Assembly: GCA_035221665.1 (NCBI GenBank)
Contig: CM069132.1
Coordinates: 131,378,001 to 131,442,000, forward strand
Reading direction: 5' to 3'
Length of the DNA: 64,000 nt
From: Okamejei kenojei
Taxonomy: Eukaryota
The position numbers and the translations under genes were made by a program. Below, piece after piece: positions 1-11,637 of the stretch. The notes under the pieces are model-generated. The model did no database searches, was not told the DNA's origin, and saw nothing but the letters and a program-made list of their open reading frames with translations. Position 1 is the stretch's first letter. Every line of letters starts with the position of its first letter.

Positions 1-819
1 TAGATGAGGAACAGAAGAGCATGGAATGTTGAAACAAACATGCCAGAAATGGGTTTGGGAAAAGGCATTTAAGTAAATGCACCAAATGTGTTGGTCAGGA
101 ACCATTCCAGTTTGTTGTGATGGAATATTGGATCATGTTAGAAAAGCGGTGAAAAGTGTAAGATTAGGTCATGGTTAGTTTTTAAGAATAAGTTAGAAGA
201 GTAATAAGATTAGAGAGTAAGTATTACAGGAACAGGATGGGTACATATGATTAGATATACTGCTCACGTGGAGAATAATTACTGTCATTGACTCACTGAG
301 CCAAATGATCACTTTCATATGCTGTACTTATCATATAATTCTGTGCATCAGTGAATAGACCTTTGTTACTTGGGAAACAAGAAATGTCAGTGGAAGTACA
401 TTTATTTAAAAAAATAATATATATATTTCATCCACAAATATAGCTTCACTATTATTTGGGCAAATGCTTCACTCTCCAAACTGAAAATAAATGTTGAAAA
501 TGTTCTTGAAGACATTAGTGAGGCTTTACAATATAATAATGATGTCAAATAACTAGACCCAAATGGGTCCAAATTATGCTTCATTTCTAACTGCTGTGGA
601 TTGCTCACCTAGTCAAGTGGAGTTTATTATCACATGCACAAGTACAGTAAAGCACAGATCTAATGAAAAATCTTACTCACAGCAGCATCACAGACACAGA
701 CAACATACAAATACATACATTATTCATAAATTACACAATTAAAAGAAAAAAAGACTAAAACACGATATTAGCGCAAGACAATTATGTTCAATAGTGCCCT
801 ATTGCTAAGGTGGGATTAG

Positions 820-1085
820 TTGAGACATACAGCATGGAAACAGGCCCTTTGGCCCACCAGTGACTCCTGTACACTAGCACTAACCTACACACTAGCGACA
901 AATTACAATCTTTACCAAAGCCAAATAACCTACAAACGTCTTTGGAGTGTAGGAGGAAACCAGAGCACCCTGCCAAAACACATGTGGTCACGGGGAGAAC
1001 GTATAAACTCTACAGACAGCACCCATAGTCAGGATTGAATCCGGGTCATTGCCACTGTATGGCAGCAGCTGCACTGCCAATGCTT
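820..1085 (-). mobile_element. tRNA-derived V-SINE (HE1-like) copy
   Basis: Reverse complement shows a tRNA-like head (GACCCGGATTCAATCC), V-domain-like core (GAGTTTATACGTTCTCCCCGTGACC...CTGGTTTCCTCCTACAC) and CR1-like 3' tail (GGGCCAAAGGGCCTGTTTCCATGCTGT); same family as 52027-52330. Confidence 0.8.
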
Positions 1086-1094
1086 CCCCAAGGG

Positions 1095-1340
1095 TTGTGT
1101 TGCCAAGTTAAAAAAAACTGATGGTTCTAAGAAAGTGGCTGCCCCTCAACCCAGTGGTGTGGGACTTCAGGCTTCAGTTTTTCCTGCCCAATGGTAGCAG
1201 CGAGTAGCGAGCATGGTGGTAATCATTGATGGTAGATGTTGAGCCTGTTGATGATGGGAGGTCTATGCCCATGATGGACCAGGCCGTACCCATCACACTC
1301 TGCAGCATTGGAATCACCATTACAGGCCATGAGGCACCCA
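1095..1340 (-). mobile_element. Old Rex1/Babar-like LINE 3' fragment
   Basis: Resembles the decayed LINE pieces at 26760-27300 and 45630-46250 (e.g. GTGGTGTGGGACTTCAGGCTTC...CCTGCCC); no intact ORF. Confidence 0.45.
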
Positions 1341-1451
1341 GGATCAGAATCCAGAACCAGGGGTCACAATATAATAGTCCTGAACCAAGGGTTATCGTTT
1401 AAGAATCCAGAGCCAGGGGGTCACAGTTCAAGGAAGGGATGAGAGGAAAGA

Positions 1452-1880
1452 TCCTGGACTGTCATATGAGGAAAGATTGAAAAGACTCGGTGTGTATTCA
1501 CTGGAGTTTAGAAGGATGAGGGGGGATCTTATAGAAACATACAAAATTATAAAAGGACTGGACAAGCTAAATGTTGTGCGAGTCCAGAACCAGGGGCCAC
1601 AGTCGTAGAATAAAGGGTAGGCCATTTCAGACTGAGGTGAGAAAAAAAAGAGTTGTGAATTTGTGGAATTCCCTGCCACAGAGGGCAGTGGAGGCCAAAT
1701 CACCGGATGGATTTAAGAGAGATTTTGATAGAGCTCTAGGGGCTAGTGGAAACAAGGGATATGGGGAGAAGGCAGGCACGGGTTATTGATTGGGGACGAT
1801 CAGCCATGATCACAATGAATGGCGGTGCTGGCTCGAAGGCCGAATGGCCTCCTACTGCACCTATTTTCTATGTTTCTATG
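1452..1880 (+). mobile_element. CR1 LINE (family A-like) 5'-truncated 3' fragment
   Basis: Encodes ORF2 C-terminal motifs (LSYEERL..YSLEFRR, RVVNLWNSLPQ, KGYGEKAGTGY), then 3'UTR GATCAGCCATGATC..GAATGGCGGTGCTGGCTCGAAGG and a TTCTATGT tail. Confidence 0.9.
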
Positions 1881-1882
1881 TA

Positions 1883-2163
1883 ATAGGAGGTAGGCCATTT
1901 AGGACAGAAATGAGGAAAAGCTGTTCCAGCCAGAGAGTTGTGAATCTGTGGAATTCTCTGCCACAGAAGGCAATGGAGGCCAGTTCACTGGATGGATTCA
2001 AGTGAGAGTTAGATACAGCTCTTAGCTCTTACGGAATCAAGGGATATGGGGAGAAAGCAGGAACAGGGTACTGATTCTGGATGATCAGCCATGATCATAT
2101 TGAATGGTGGTGCTGTCTCGAAGGGCCGAATGGCCTACTCCTGCACGTGTTTTCTACGTTTCT
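1883..2163 (+). mobile_element. Second CR1 3' fragment, head-to-tail with the previous one
   Basis: RPFRTEMRK..QRVVNLWNSLPQK motif, the same 3'UTR and a degenerate TTCTAYGT tail. Confidence 0.85.
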
Positions 2164-2756
2164 AAGATACTTTCTACGGTACCCGTGAAGAAGTATGTTA
2201 GAGCATTTGTTGACATGACGAATCTCTTTAATCTATTGTCGATAGTTTCTTTGAATCAGTAACCTGTCATGATGCAGGAGGGCAGTTTAGCTTCAATACA
2301 TTTTAGAAACATTGAAACCGCTACCCTCAGCAAGCCAAATGCTGCCAGACAAAATTATTACCAGAGAGCAGCCACGTGGCTGGGTTCCAAACATTTTCAG
2401 ACATGTTTTTTTTATATTTCAAGAGGTTACCTCTTCCAAGGCAGAATTTAAACTTTTAACAGTTGCACACACCAACTATTCACTGTATCATTTTTTGCGT
2501 GCAGTTCTAGTCACCCCCATTGTGGGAAGAATTTGGAGGTTTCAGAAAGGGTGCAGAGGTGGTTTACCAGAACGATGCCTGGATTATTAATGCACAGAGA
2601 GGTTGGACAGACTTGGATTGATTTCTCTGAAACACTGGCGATTTCATTGCTTCTCTTCTTTCCTTATCTGACATCCTTTTGTCTCCAACTCATCACTGGC
2701 CTTCGTCACTTATTCCACCCTTCTGTCAATCAAACCTCACACACCTGCATCCGCCA

Positions 2757-3045
2757 GGGTCGCATGGTGGCACAGCGGTAGAGTTGCTGCCTTACAGCTT
2801 TGGAGAAACGACTTTGATCCTGTCTACGGAGTTTGTACGTTCTTCCCGTGACCGCTTGGCTTGCCCACCCCCCACCGAGTGCTCAGGTTTCCTCCCACAC
2901 TCCAAAGATGTACGTTAATTGGCTTGGTATACATGTAAAAACTGTCTCTAGTGTGTGTAGGATAGTGTTAATGTGTGGAGATCACTGGTCGGTGTGGACT
3001 CGGTGGGCCAAAGGCCCGTTTCCACAAGGTATCTCTAAACTAAAC
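2757..3045 (+). mobile_element. tRNA-derived V-SINE (HE1-like) copy
   Basis: A-box-like TGGCACAGCGGTAGAG, V-domain GGAGTTTGTACGTTCTTCCCGTGACC, tail ending TATCTCTAAACTAAAC. Confidence 0.85.
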
Positions 3046-3049
3046 CTTT

Positions 3050-3245
3050 CATTTGCCAAGCTTTACCCCTATTCCATCCCTTTTCCAACTTTCTAATCCC
3101 TATTCCAACAGTCTGAAGAAGAGGCCCAACCAAAAACATCTCCTGCCCATTCTCCCCATAAATGCTCCCTCATCCGCTGAGCTCCTCCAGCCCATTGTGT
3201 TTTGCTCAAGATTCCAGCATCAGCAGTCTTTTGCATCTCCAGGGC
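3050..3245 (+). mobile_element. Penelope-like element terminal repeat fragment (decayed hammerhead motif)
   Basis: CAGTCTGAAGAAGAGGCCCAACCAAAAACATC..CCGCTGAGCTCCTCCAGC..CCAGCATCAGCAGTC, a diverged member of the family at 29216-29434. Confidence 0.6.
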
Positions 3246-3594
3246 TGATACACAATTTGCCTTCCGAATTGCAACACTGGTTCTTCCTTATCTTTTTTTT
3301 TGCGAGTTAAAACCTACAATCTGAAAAAAACAAGCATGTTGCACCTATACTTACTTGGGCCAGTTCTATTATTTATTTTTCCAAATTCCCTGTTATTACT
3401 ATTTTAATTAGAGGTCCTAACATTCTCACTAGCTCTGTTGTTAGTATAACTAATTTGTTGTTTTCAATTTTACCACCCCTTTGTTAAGTAGGTAAGTTAT
3501 ATATGCTAGCTGCCAATCGTTGCTACTCTAGGATCAATCACATTTTTAGTGACTACATCAACAATATCATAACTGACTTGCACCTCATACTAAA

Positions 3595-3690
3595 GGCACA
3601 AAGTGCTAGAGTAACTCAGCAGGCCAGGCAGCATCTCTGGAGAACATGGAGAGGTGACGTTTTGGGTTGGGTCCTTTCTTCAGACTGGTT
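3595..3690 (-). mobile_element. Penelope-like terminal repeat fragment
   Basis: Reverse complement CAGTCTGAAGAAAGGACCCAACCCAAAACGTCACC...GCTGAGTTACTCTAGCAC. Confidence 0.65.
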
Positions 3691-4350
3691 TTCTTGTTTA
3701 GAGTGAAGACCCTGGTTTTGGATTGAAAACAAGGTTGATTCAATCTTAGCATAACGTGCTATGTTATGATTACTGTTTCTAAGAGGTCCATGAATTACAG
3801 CATTATTAAATAACCCTTTGTAGTTCTTGTAGTCAAAGTCTCCAAACATTCAAAGTTTGCATGAGAAATTCCAAATAGACAATAGAACAGGGTACTGATT
3901 GGGGATGATCAGCCATGATCACGTTGAATGGCGGTGCTGGCTCGAAGGGCCAAATGGCCTACTCCTGCACCTATTGTCTATTGTCGATTGTCTAAATTGG
4001 ACAATTTTACTGCCATATCAAGGGATATGGGAGAAAAAGCAGCAACGAGGTACTGATTTTAGATGATCAGCTATGATCATACTGAATGGTGGTTCTGGCT
4101 CAAAGGGCCAAATAGCACCTATTTCTTATGTTTCTACCATCACAGCCACTCCCGGTACATTGCCACTCCCATTACTCCATTCTCAATATACTCCAGAGCA
4201 TCCTTAGAACCAGTGTTGGAGCCGCCATGGACAGGGTCTGACAAGTGTCAGCAGTATTTTGTACGTTTGGATGATCCAACTCATTTATGCAAACATGTTC
4301 ATATCTCAAAGATGTTGGATGAAAAAATTACCAGCAACGTAACCGAAATA

Positions 4351-5967
4351 CAGTGGCTTGCAAAAGTTTTCATACCCCTTGAACTTTTCCACATTGTGTC
4401 ACGTTACAACCACAAACGTAAATGTATTTTATTGGGATTTTATGTGATAGACCAACACAAAGTGGTGCATAATTGTAAAGTGGAAGGAAAATGATACATG
4501 GTTTCCAAATTTTATTACAAATAAAAAACTGAAAAGTGTGGCGTGCAAAAGTATTCTGCCCCCCTGAGTCAATACTTTGTAGAACCACCTTATGCTGCAA
4601 TTACAGCTGCAAGTATTTTGGGGTATGTCTCTACCAGCTTTGCACATCTAGAGACTGAATCTTTTGCCCATTCGTCTTTGCAAAATAGCTTAAGCTCAGT
4701 CAGATTGGATGGAGTGCGTCTGTGAACAGCAATTTTCAAGTCTTGCCAGAGATTCTCAATTGGATTTAGGTCTGGACTTTGACTGGGCCATTCTAACACT
4801 CGAATATGCTTTAATCTAAGCCATTCCATTGTAGCTCTGGCTGTATGTTTAGGGTTGTTGTCCTGCTGGAAGGTGAACCTCCACCCCAGTCTCAAGTCTT
4901 TTGCAGACTCAAACAGGTTTCCTTCCAAGATAGCCCTGTATTTTGCTCCATCCATCTTCCCATCAACTCTGACCAGCCTCCCTGTCCCTGCTGAAGAAAA
5001 GCATCCCCACAGCATGATGCTGCCACCACCATGTTTCACAGTGGGGATGGTGTGTTCAGGGTGATGTGCAGTGTTAGTATTCCGCCACACATAGCGTTTT
5101 GCATTTAGGCCAAAAACTTAAATTTTGGTCTCATCAGACCAGAGCACCTTTCTCCACATGTTTGCTGTGTCCCCCACGTGGTTTGTGGCAAACTGCAAAT
5201 GAGACTTCTTATGGCTTTGTTTCAACAATGGCTTTCTTCTTGCCACTCTTCCATAAAGACCCGATTTGTGGAGTGCATGACTAATAGTTGTCCTGCGGAC
5301 AGATTCTCCCATCTGAGCTGTGGATCTCTGCAGCTCCTCCAGAGTTACCATGGGCCGCTTGGCTGCTTCTAAGACCAATGCTCTCCTTGTCCGGCCTGTC
5401 AGTTTGGGTGGACGGCCATGTCTTGGTAGGTTTGCAGTTGTGCCATACTCTTTCCATTTTCGGATGATGGATTAAACAGTGCTCCGTGAGATGTTCAAAG
5501 CTTGGGATATTTTTTTATTACGTATCCCTGCTTTAAACTTCTCCACAACTTTATCCCTGACCTGTCTGGTGTGTTCCTTGGGCTTCATGATGCTGTTTGT
5601 TCACTAATGTTTTCTAACAAACCTCTGAGGCCTTCACAGAACAGCTGTATTTATACTGAGATTAGATTACACACAAGTGGACTCTATTTACTAATTAGGT
5701 GACTTCTGAAGGCAATTGGTTGCACTGGATTTTATTTAGGGGTATCAGATTAAAGGGGGCTGAATACTTTTGCACGCCACACTTTTCAGTTTTTTATTTG
5801 TAAAAAAATTTGAAAACCATGTATCATTTTCCTTCCACTTCACAATTATGCGCCACTTTGTGTTGGTCCATCACATAAAATCCCAATAAAATACATTTAC
5901 GTTTGTGGTTGTAACGTGACAAAATGTGGAAAAGTTCACGGGGTATGAAAACTTTTGCAAGCCACTG
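4351..5967 (-). mobile_element. Tc1/mariner DNA transposon, full length (1617 bp), IR/DR type
   Basis: TA duplications at 4349-4350 and 5968-5969; ~210-bp TIRs beginning CAGTGGCTTGCAAAAGTTTTCATACCCC; internal direct-repeat copy GTGGCGTGCAAAAGTATTC(A/T)GCCCCC at the inner end of each TIR. Confidence 0.97.
4569..5588 (-). pseudogene. Tc1 transposase, DD34E, inactivated by in-frame stops
   Basis: Start MKPKEHT at 5588; [16 protein letters not shown] and [11 protein letters not shown] motifs with 34 residues between the second D and E; stops near 5118 and 4590. Confidence 0.93.
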
Positions 5968-6059
5968 TAGCTCAGTTGGGAGAGCATTAGACAGAAAATC
6001 TAAAGGTCCCTAGTTCAATCCTTGGTTTCGGCAGCAGTGTTGAGTTATGTATTTTATAA

Positions 6060-6205
6060 CAACATTTATTTTAACAGACATTTGGACGAAAGCATGGATA
6101 TGAAAAGTTTTGAGGGATATGGGCCAAACGCGGACAGGTGGGACTAATGTAGACAGGCCTTCTTGGTTGGCATGGAAAAGTTGGGGCGAAGGGACGGTTT
6201 CCTTT
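6060..6205 (+). mobile_element. Old CR1 3' end fragment
   Basis: ACATTTGGAC..ATGGAT..GAGGGATATGGGCCAAACGCGGACAGGTGGGACTA..GTTGGGGCGAAGGG matches the CR1 ORF2 end/3'UTR seen elsewhere in the window. Confidence 0.65.
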
Positions 6206-6206
6206 G

Positions 6207-6512
6207 TGGGAGATACGGTGTCGCAGTGGTAGAGTTGCTGCCTTACAGCGCCAGACACCCGGGTTTGATCCTGGCTACAGGTGGTGTCTATACGGATTTT
6301 GTACGTTCTCCTCATGACCACATGGGTTTTCTCCAGGAGGTGCAGTTTTCTCCTACATTCCAAAGATATACAGGTTTGTGGGGTAATTGACTTCGGTGAA
6401 AGTTGTAAATTGTCCCTAGTGTGTAGTATAGTGCTAGTTTACGGGGATCGCTGGTTGGCATGGACTCACTGGGCTGAATGGCCTGTTGCCGCACTGTATC
6501 TCTAAACTAAAC
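6207..6512 (+). mobile_element. tRNA-derived V-SINE (HE1-like) copy
   Basis: Head CGGTGTCGCAGTGGTAGAGTTGCTGCCTTACAGCGCCAGACACCCGGGTTTGATCC, V-domain, tail CTCTAAACTAAAC. Confidence 0.88.
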
Positions 6513-6535
6513 TTGAAGTGCAATCTGTTACCAAG

Positions 6536-6824
6536 AAGCCCCTGTCCCACTTTCACGACCTAATTGGCGACCTCTGCCAAGTTTGCCCTTGACTCATACT
6601 CGCAGCATGGTCGCTGCGAGGTCATAGGAGGTCTTCGTAGCTCTTCCTCGTGCTCGTGAGTGGTCTCCGCGCACTTATGACCTCAAGTAGGTTGCGGTGT
6701 TTTTTCCAGCCCGATAAAAAATGTCCCCGTGTTTAAAAAAAAGTCGACATAGTCGTACATTTTTATCAACTCGTCTAGGGTCTTCTAAACCCATGGATTC
6801 AGTCGTCCAAGTGGAGCAGGCCCT
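6536..6824. mobile_element. MITE / non-autonomous DNA transposon (PIF/Harbinger-like)
   Basis: Imperfect TIRs GCCCCTGTCCCACTT ... AAGTGGAGCAGGCCC, ~290 bp, CpG-rich non-coding interior; the terminal motif is shared with 19421-19736 and 20899-21206. Confidence 0.6.
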
Positions 6825-7037
6825 TTAAGTGCTCATCTGACATTGAGCCACAGAGATAATGGCCTGCCTTGTCTTTTCATGAAAGCTAAATATTCCTTCA
6901 CCTCTGTGTGCCAGAGAAATAAACAAGATTATTCTAGTTTATACAATGAGCCATCTTTCTTTGGCATTTTATCCAAATGAACATAGATTAAAAATTGAAA
7001 CAATAAATTTGCATTCCAAACCAATAATTTAAAAATA

Positions 7038-7236
7038 TATAGGAACGAACTGCAGATGCTGGTTTACACCGAACAAAGACACAAAATGCTGGAGTAACCC
7101 AACAGAACATGCAGCACCTCTGGAGAGAAGGAATGGATGTCATTTTGGGACGGGAAGGGTCCCGACCCAAAACCTCATCTGTTCCTTCTCTCCAGAAATG
7201 CTGCCTGTCCAACTGAGTTACTCCAGCATTTTGTTT
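7038..7236. mobile_element. Fold-back Penelope-like terminal repeat
   Basis: GAACTGCAGATGCTGG..CACAAAATGCTGGAGTAAC..TCTGGAGAGAAGGAA followed by its inverted copy TTCCTTCTCTCCAGA..GTTACTCCAGCATTTTGT. Confidence 0.75.
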
Positions 7237-7957
7237 TCATGATCTTCAATCATTTAAATAGACATACAAAAAGCTACCATAACAATATGATTTATGGATA
7301 CAAAAGGTTCAATAACTTCAGGAAATTATCATCACTTCATCAGTTCAGCAATAATGGAAAAAAAAACTAATTTACCCCACGCATTCATGGCCTTTCATGT
7401 TATTGTTGTATTCTGTAGGAGATCACTAAGGAAATAATATTAATCATTCATTGTCAGAAGTAATAGATTTAAATCAGTGTATTGGATGATCCATACACCA
7501 GAATCATACAGCATGGAAACAGGTCCTTCCATTCAAATCCATGTCAACCATCTAGTATCCATTTGCACCAATTCTTTATTTCAAACTTTTATTCTCCCAA
7601 CAAACCCCTACAAATTATGCTGCTCCCCTACATGCAAGTGGCAATTTAAAGTGGCTGTTTGTCCTCCCAAGCGATATCTTTGGGATATGGAGGGAAAGTA
7701 GATCAAGTGGAGGAAATACTTTTTTAATCTCCTCACAGACCGCATCAGAGGTCAAGATTGAATCCTGGTTGCTGGATCTTTTAAATAGCAAATCTACTAG
7801 TTACACCACTGTTTTGCTGGAGTGTATCAGTCATCATTAACGTCACATATAATGGCCTTACGATTCATGAGAAGGTTGCATTCCAAAAATTGATGTATGG
7901 GGGCCAAAGATGATACAATTTTCTGACAAAGGAATAAAAGGCAGGTTGGCGATTGAA

Positions 7958-8052
7958 CTGAAGAAGGGTCTTGACCCGAAACATCACCTATTCCTTTTCG
8001 CCAGAGATCCTGCCTGACCCACACGGAGTTACTCCAGCATTTTGTGCCTATC
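7958..8052 (+). mobile_element. Penelope-like terminal repeat with intact minimal hammerhead core
   Basis: CTGAAGA-A-GGGTC-TT-GACCC-GAAA-CATC at 7958-7985. Confidence 0.7.
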
Positions 8053-8884
8053 AATTGGCGATTGGATAGACTGGCTCTCGTATCAATGTGCAAATGTACA
8101 CAAACTAAAGAGAAAACTTGCGATCTACCCAACTATAATACAGGAGCTCCCCAGATGACCACACTTGCAGAAATCCAACATTACACAAGCTCTCACGCCT
8201 GCTCTTAAAGCATTTAAGATAGCTTCAATAATAAGCTTCATGGTATTAATTAATGACTCGATACAGTAAATATTGCATCAATTGCTGTCAATGTTAGGAT
8301 GATCATTTAGTACAATGAAAGATGCATACCAAATGTCTGAATAGCAATACAAGATGGATTACTATGGCAAACGGATGCTTCTGACAATTTTTCAGGAATG
8401 GATCATTTCATAACCCAGGGACTACTTTCACTGCAGCACTACCAACTTTCAAAACCAGGTTCAAGTCGAGAACACACGCGACTTAAAAATGGGCCGGGTG
8501 AACAGTGCAAGAGAACACTAACAAAGCCCCATCGGGCCAAATCAGTAAAAGAAGAGATTGTGGGAACTCAGTCTCCTTCCATGCAATTGCTACAACAATG
8601 AACATTATTTTGTACGGTGACAGATTGAGAATCAATCAGATCATGGCAAATCACACTCAGAAAAAAAGCACACCAGCCAGCAAATCCAAGTTGTTTGTGG
8701 CAGGCTGACTCTCAAGGATGAGTTAGAACAGTGATGGTATTCTCAACAAGTACAAGAGACATTGATGATTGCACTATGCAGATACACGAGCCACAAGAAA
8801 TTTAGTTCTGTTAAACTTTTCCAATGGGAAAAATCTTGGTGAGCACTGAAATAACCCAAGTCCAAGCATCAATAGATGTCCAAA

Positions 8885-9212
8885 ACAAGGATGTTTCCAC
8901 TAGTGGGAGAGTCTAGGACTAGAGATGATAGACTCAGAATTAGAGGACGTTCTTTTCCGAAGGAGATGAGGAGGGTGGCTTCTTTAGTCAGAGGGTGGTG
9001 AATCTGTGGAATTCTTTGCCACAGAAGGCTAGGGAGGCCAAGTCAGTGGATATTTTTTAAGGCAGATATAGATATATTCTTGATTAGTATGGGTGTCAGA
9101 GGTTATGGGGAGAAGACAGGAGAATGGGGTCAGGGGGGAGAGATAGATCGGCCATGATTGAATGGCGGAGAAGATGGGCCAAATGGCCTAATTCTACTCT
9201 TATCCTTATGAC
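8885..9212 (+). mobile_element. Old CR1 3' fragment
   Basis: GTCTAGGACTAGAG..CAGAGGGTGGTGAATCTGTGGAATTCTTTGCCACAGAAGG..GCCATGATTGAATGGCGG; near copy at 34650-34915. Confidence 0.8.
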
Positions 9213-9452
9213 CTGCAGATGCTGATTTACAAAAAGATAGTGTTGGAGTAACTCAGTGGGTGAGATACCATCTCTGGAGAACACGGATAGGTAATGTTTT
9301 GGGTCAGGACCCTCCTTCAGTCTGAAGGGAAGTGACCCAGTAGGCTTTGTGCTGCCCCTCCTCAAGAAGGGCCCTGAACAGAAATGTCACCCATCCATGT
9401 TCTCCAGAGATGCTGCCTGACCCGTTGAGGTACACGAGTATTTTGTGTCTTT
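9213..9452. mobile_element. Fold-back Penelope-like terminal repeat
   Basis: CTGCAGATGCTG..GGAGTAACTCAGTGGGT..CTCTGGAGAAC and inverted GTTCTCCAGAGATGCTGCCTGACCCGTTGAG. Confidence 0.7.
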
Positions 9453-10466
9453 TTTTTCCCACCACTGGAATGTCTGCTGCATTCTGGCGATAAATTTAAG
9501 TAATATTTTGGACAAAACAACACAGATGAATGCTTTTCAATGACAATGTGACCAGACTGATTGAATAATATTCACAGTACATGAAATATAATTGCCTTGA
9601 TTAGATACATTCCAACACCAATGATTACTTGAGTGCCAACTCACATTATTAAATTCCTAATGCAAAGTTATAAACTGCCTCTGGCAGAACAGTATATGCA
9701 AGAGGGAAATAATTTGTAATGCATTCATCTTTGTGGCATCCACAACCCTCCAGCTACTGATTTTGCTACATCTATTAATCTATTACATGCTCAAAACATT
9801 ACCATTTGGTGAATTGAAGGACAGACGTTATTCTTTTACTAATTGAAGACCGCACACAAGTTAACAATTAAATATTTTAGAAGGCTCTGAATGAAGCCAA
9901 GTCAACATTTGCACCAAGAGTTATGTGCCTTGTGGGTGGGGCAAATACAGGGCTTTATTATCTTGTTCAGTTGGATCACAGTTTGCTGAATTGCATGGAG
10001 ATATTGCATAAAAGAAAGCTTTCACAAGCATTAAAGTGGTTCACCATGTTAGCTTTTCGGCAAAGTAAATCCTAAGGGCAATTAGGAAATAAATTGCATG
10101 TGCAAATTCTATAAGCATCTCTAATAAGTCAGAATTAACTTTGGTATTAGATAAGCCACGAAAAGAGTAATTCAGGAACCAACCCACAAAGTGATATCTT
10201 ATTCCCTAGCGACAAGGGTTTGCGTAGTATTAATGCACTGCCGAGCTTTAAATTGATTTTATAGTCAACAAGATAGTTAAATGCAATATAGTACGTGGCA
10301 GTCCCAGGCCATGTTTCACCTTTGCCCCATAATGAATTCTCACAAATTACTAACAGAGCTCCAGGGGCATGTTCATGTTCCATTGAAAGTTTTTACTGTT
10401 TTGCATCAATGTGCTGTTGGTGAAGTGTTTCAGAAGCAGGCACTTAGAAGAAGCCCACTACACACA

Positions 10467-10728
10467 AGGGCAGCACAGTGGTGCAGCTGCTGCCTCATAG
10501 CGCCAGAGACCTGGGTTAGATCCTACCCTCGGGTGATGACTGTGTGGAGTTTGCGTGTTCTCGCTGTGACCAAATCCTTTTCCTCTAAGTGCTCATTTCC
10601 TTCCACTTCCCAAAGACAATTGACCTCTGTAAGGAGCGGATGTGCATAACAAAGAACTTGTGTGAGCAGGTGTGGTGTGGGTTCGATAGGTCGAAGGGCG
10701 CATTCCATGCTGCATCTCTAAACTAAAG
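10467..10728 (+). mobile_element. tRNA-derived V-SINE copy (diverged)
   Basis: GGGCAGCACAGTGGTGCAGCTGCTGCCTCATAGCGCCAGAGACC.., GTGTGGAGTTTGCGTGTTCTC, tail CTCTAAACTAAA. Confidence 0.75.
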
Positions 10729-11054
10729 TTCATATTTCCGACTGACCGTTGGCACTCTGATGTGTCAGAAGACCTGCCATGGCATTGCTCATTGTGATGA
10801 AGACTTACATGCTTTACATAACATATTAAAGATTCACTATTTTGATTTCTTCAGCTTAAGATTCCAGTTGTGGTATGACCAGATTGATCGATTCATAAAT
10901 GCAACACCAAGTCATTGCTTCATGCAAAAGTTCTATGGATGGACCACATACTCACCCATCCATTCTATTTCTGCAATAGTTACAGCTCCGGTCATTCAAT
11001 TCTGAATACATTCATTAATAAACTAATTAAAAGCACACAAAATATTTAAAATTC

Positions 11055-11285
11055 NNNNNNNNNNNNNNNNNNNNNNNNNNNNNNNNNNNNNNNNNNNNNN
11101 NNNNNNNNNNNNNNNNNNNNNNNNNNNNNNNNNNNNNNNNNNNNNNNNNNNNNNNNNNNNNNNNNNNNNNNNNNNNNNNNNNNNNNNNNNNNNNNNNNNN
11201 NNNNNNNNNNNNNNNNNNNNNNNNNNNNNNNNNNNNNNNNNNNNNNNNNNNNNNNNNNNNNNNNNNNNNNNNNNNNNNNNNNNNN
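11055..11285. other. Assembly gap (N run)
   Basis: 231 consecutive N. Confidence 1.
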
Positions 11286-11339
11286 AAGTCATAAATTCAG
11301 AGTTATGCGGCATGGAACCAAGCCCAACTATTCCATGCC

Positions 11340-11446
11340 TGTTTAAGGACAACCTTTTCCCGTAAGTAAAACTCCGATGCATGCCTGGAACCGCTGTGCA
11401 TGCGTGGACTTTATTAAGTCGTTAAAGGCACATTACACATATAACA
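11340..11446 (-). repeat. 3' LTR of the Gypsy element (107 bp)
   Basis: TGTTTAAGG...ATAACA; ~90% identical to 17850-17959; AATAAA on the minus strand at 11410-11415. Confidence 0.92.
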
Positions 11447-11460
11447 TCCCCCCTTTTTCC
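11447..11460 (-). other. Polypurine tract (PPT)
   Basis: Minus strand GGAAAAAGGGGGGA directly abutting the TGTT start of the 3' LTR. Confidence 0.9.
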
Positions 11461-11637
11461 AAAAGAGAAAAACGTACAGATGTACAATGTATGCTCACTT
11501 GGCATATATCTGTCCAAGTGAGAAAAGAACACTTTTTCTGAAGTAAAGTTTCCTTTCCTTCTCATTATCTTATTTACATAAACTTGTTTTATTATACTTG
11601 CAACCCTATACAGACATAACAATTGATAAGAACTAAA

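Larger units (their letters stand above)
4342..6033 (+). pseudogene. tRNA-Phe(GAA) gene/pseudogene split by a Tc1 insertion (5' part 4342-4350, 3' part 5970-6033)
   Basis: Removing the transposon and one TA gives ACCGAAATAGCTCAGTTGGGAGAGCATTAGACAGAAAATCTAAAGGTCCCTAGTTCAATCCTTGGTTTCGGCA. This is about 8 substitutions from the canonical vertebrate tRNA-Phe(GAA) as I recall it; the GAA anticodon is retained and there is no encoded CCA. Confidence 0.9.
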
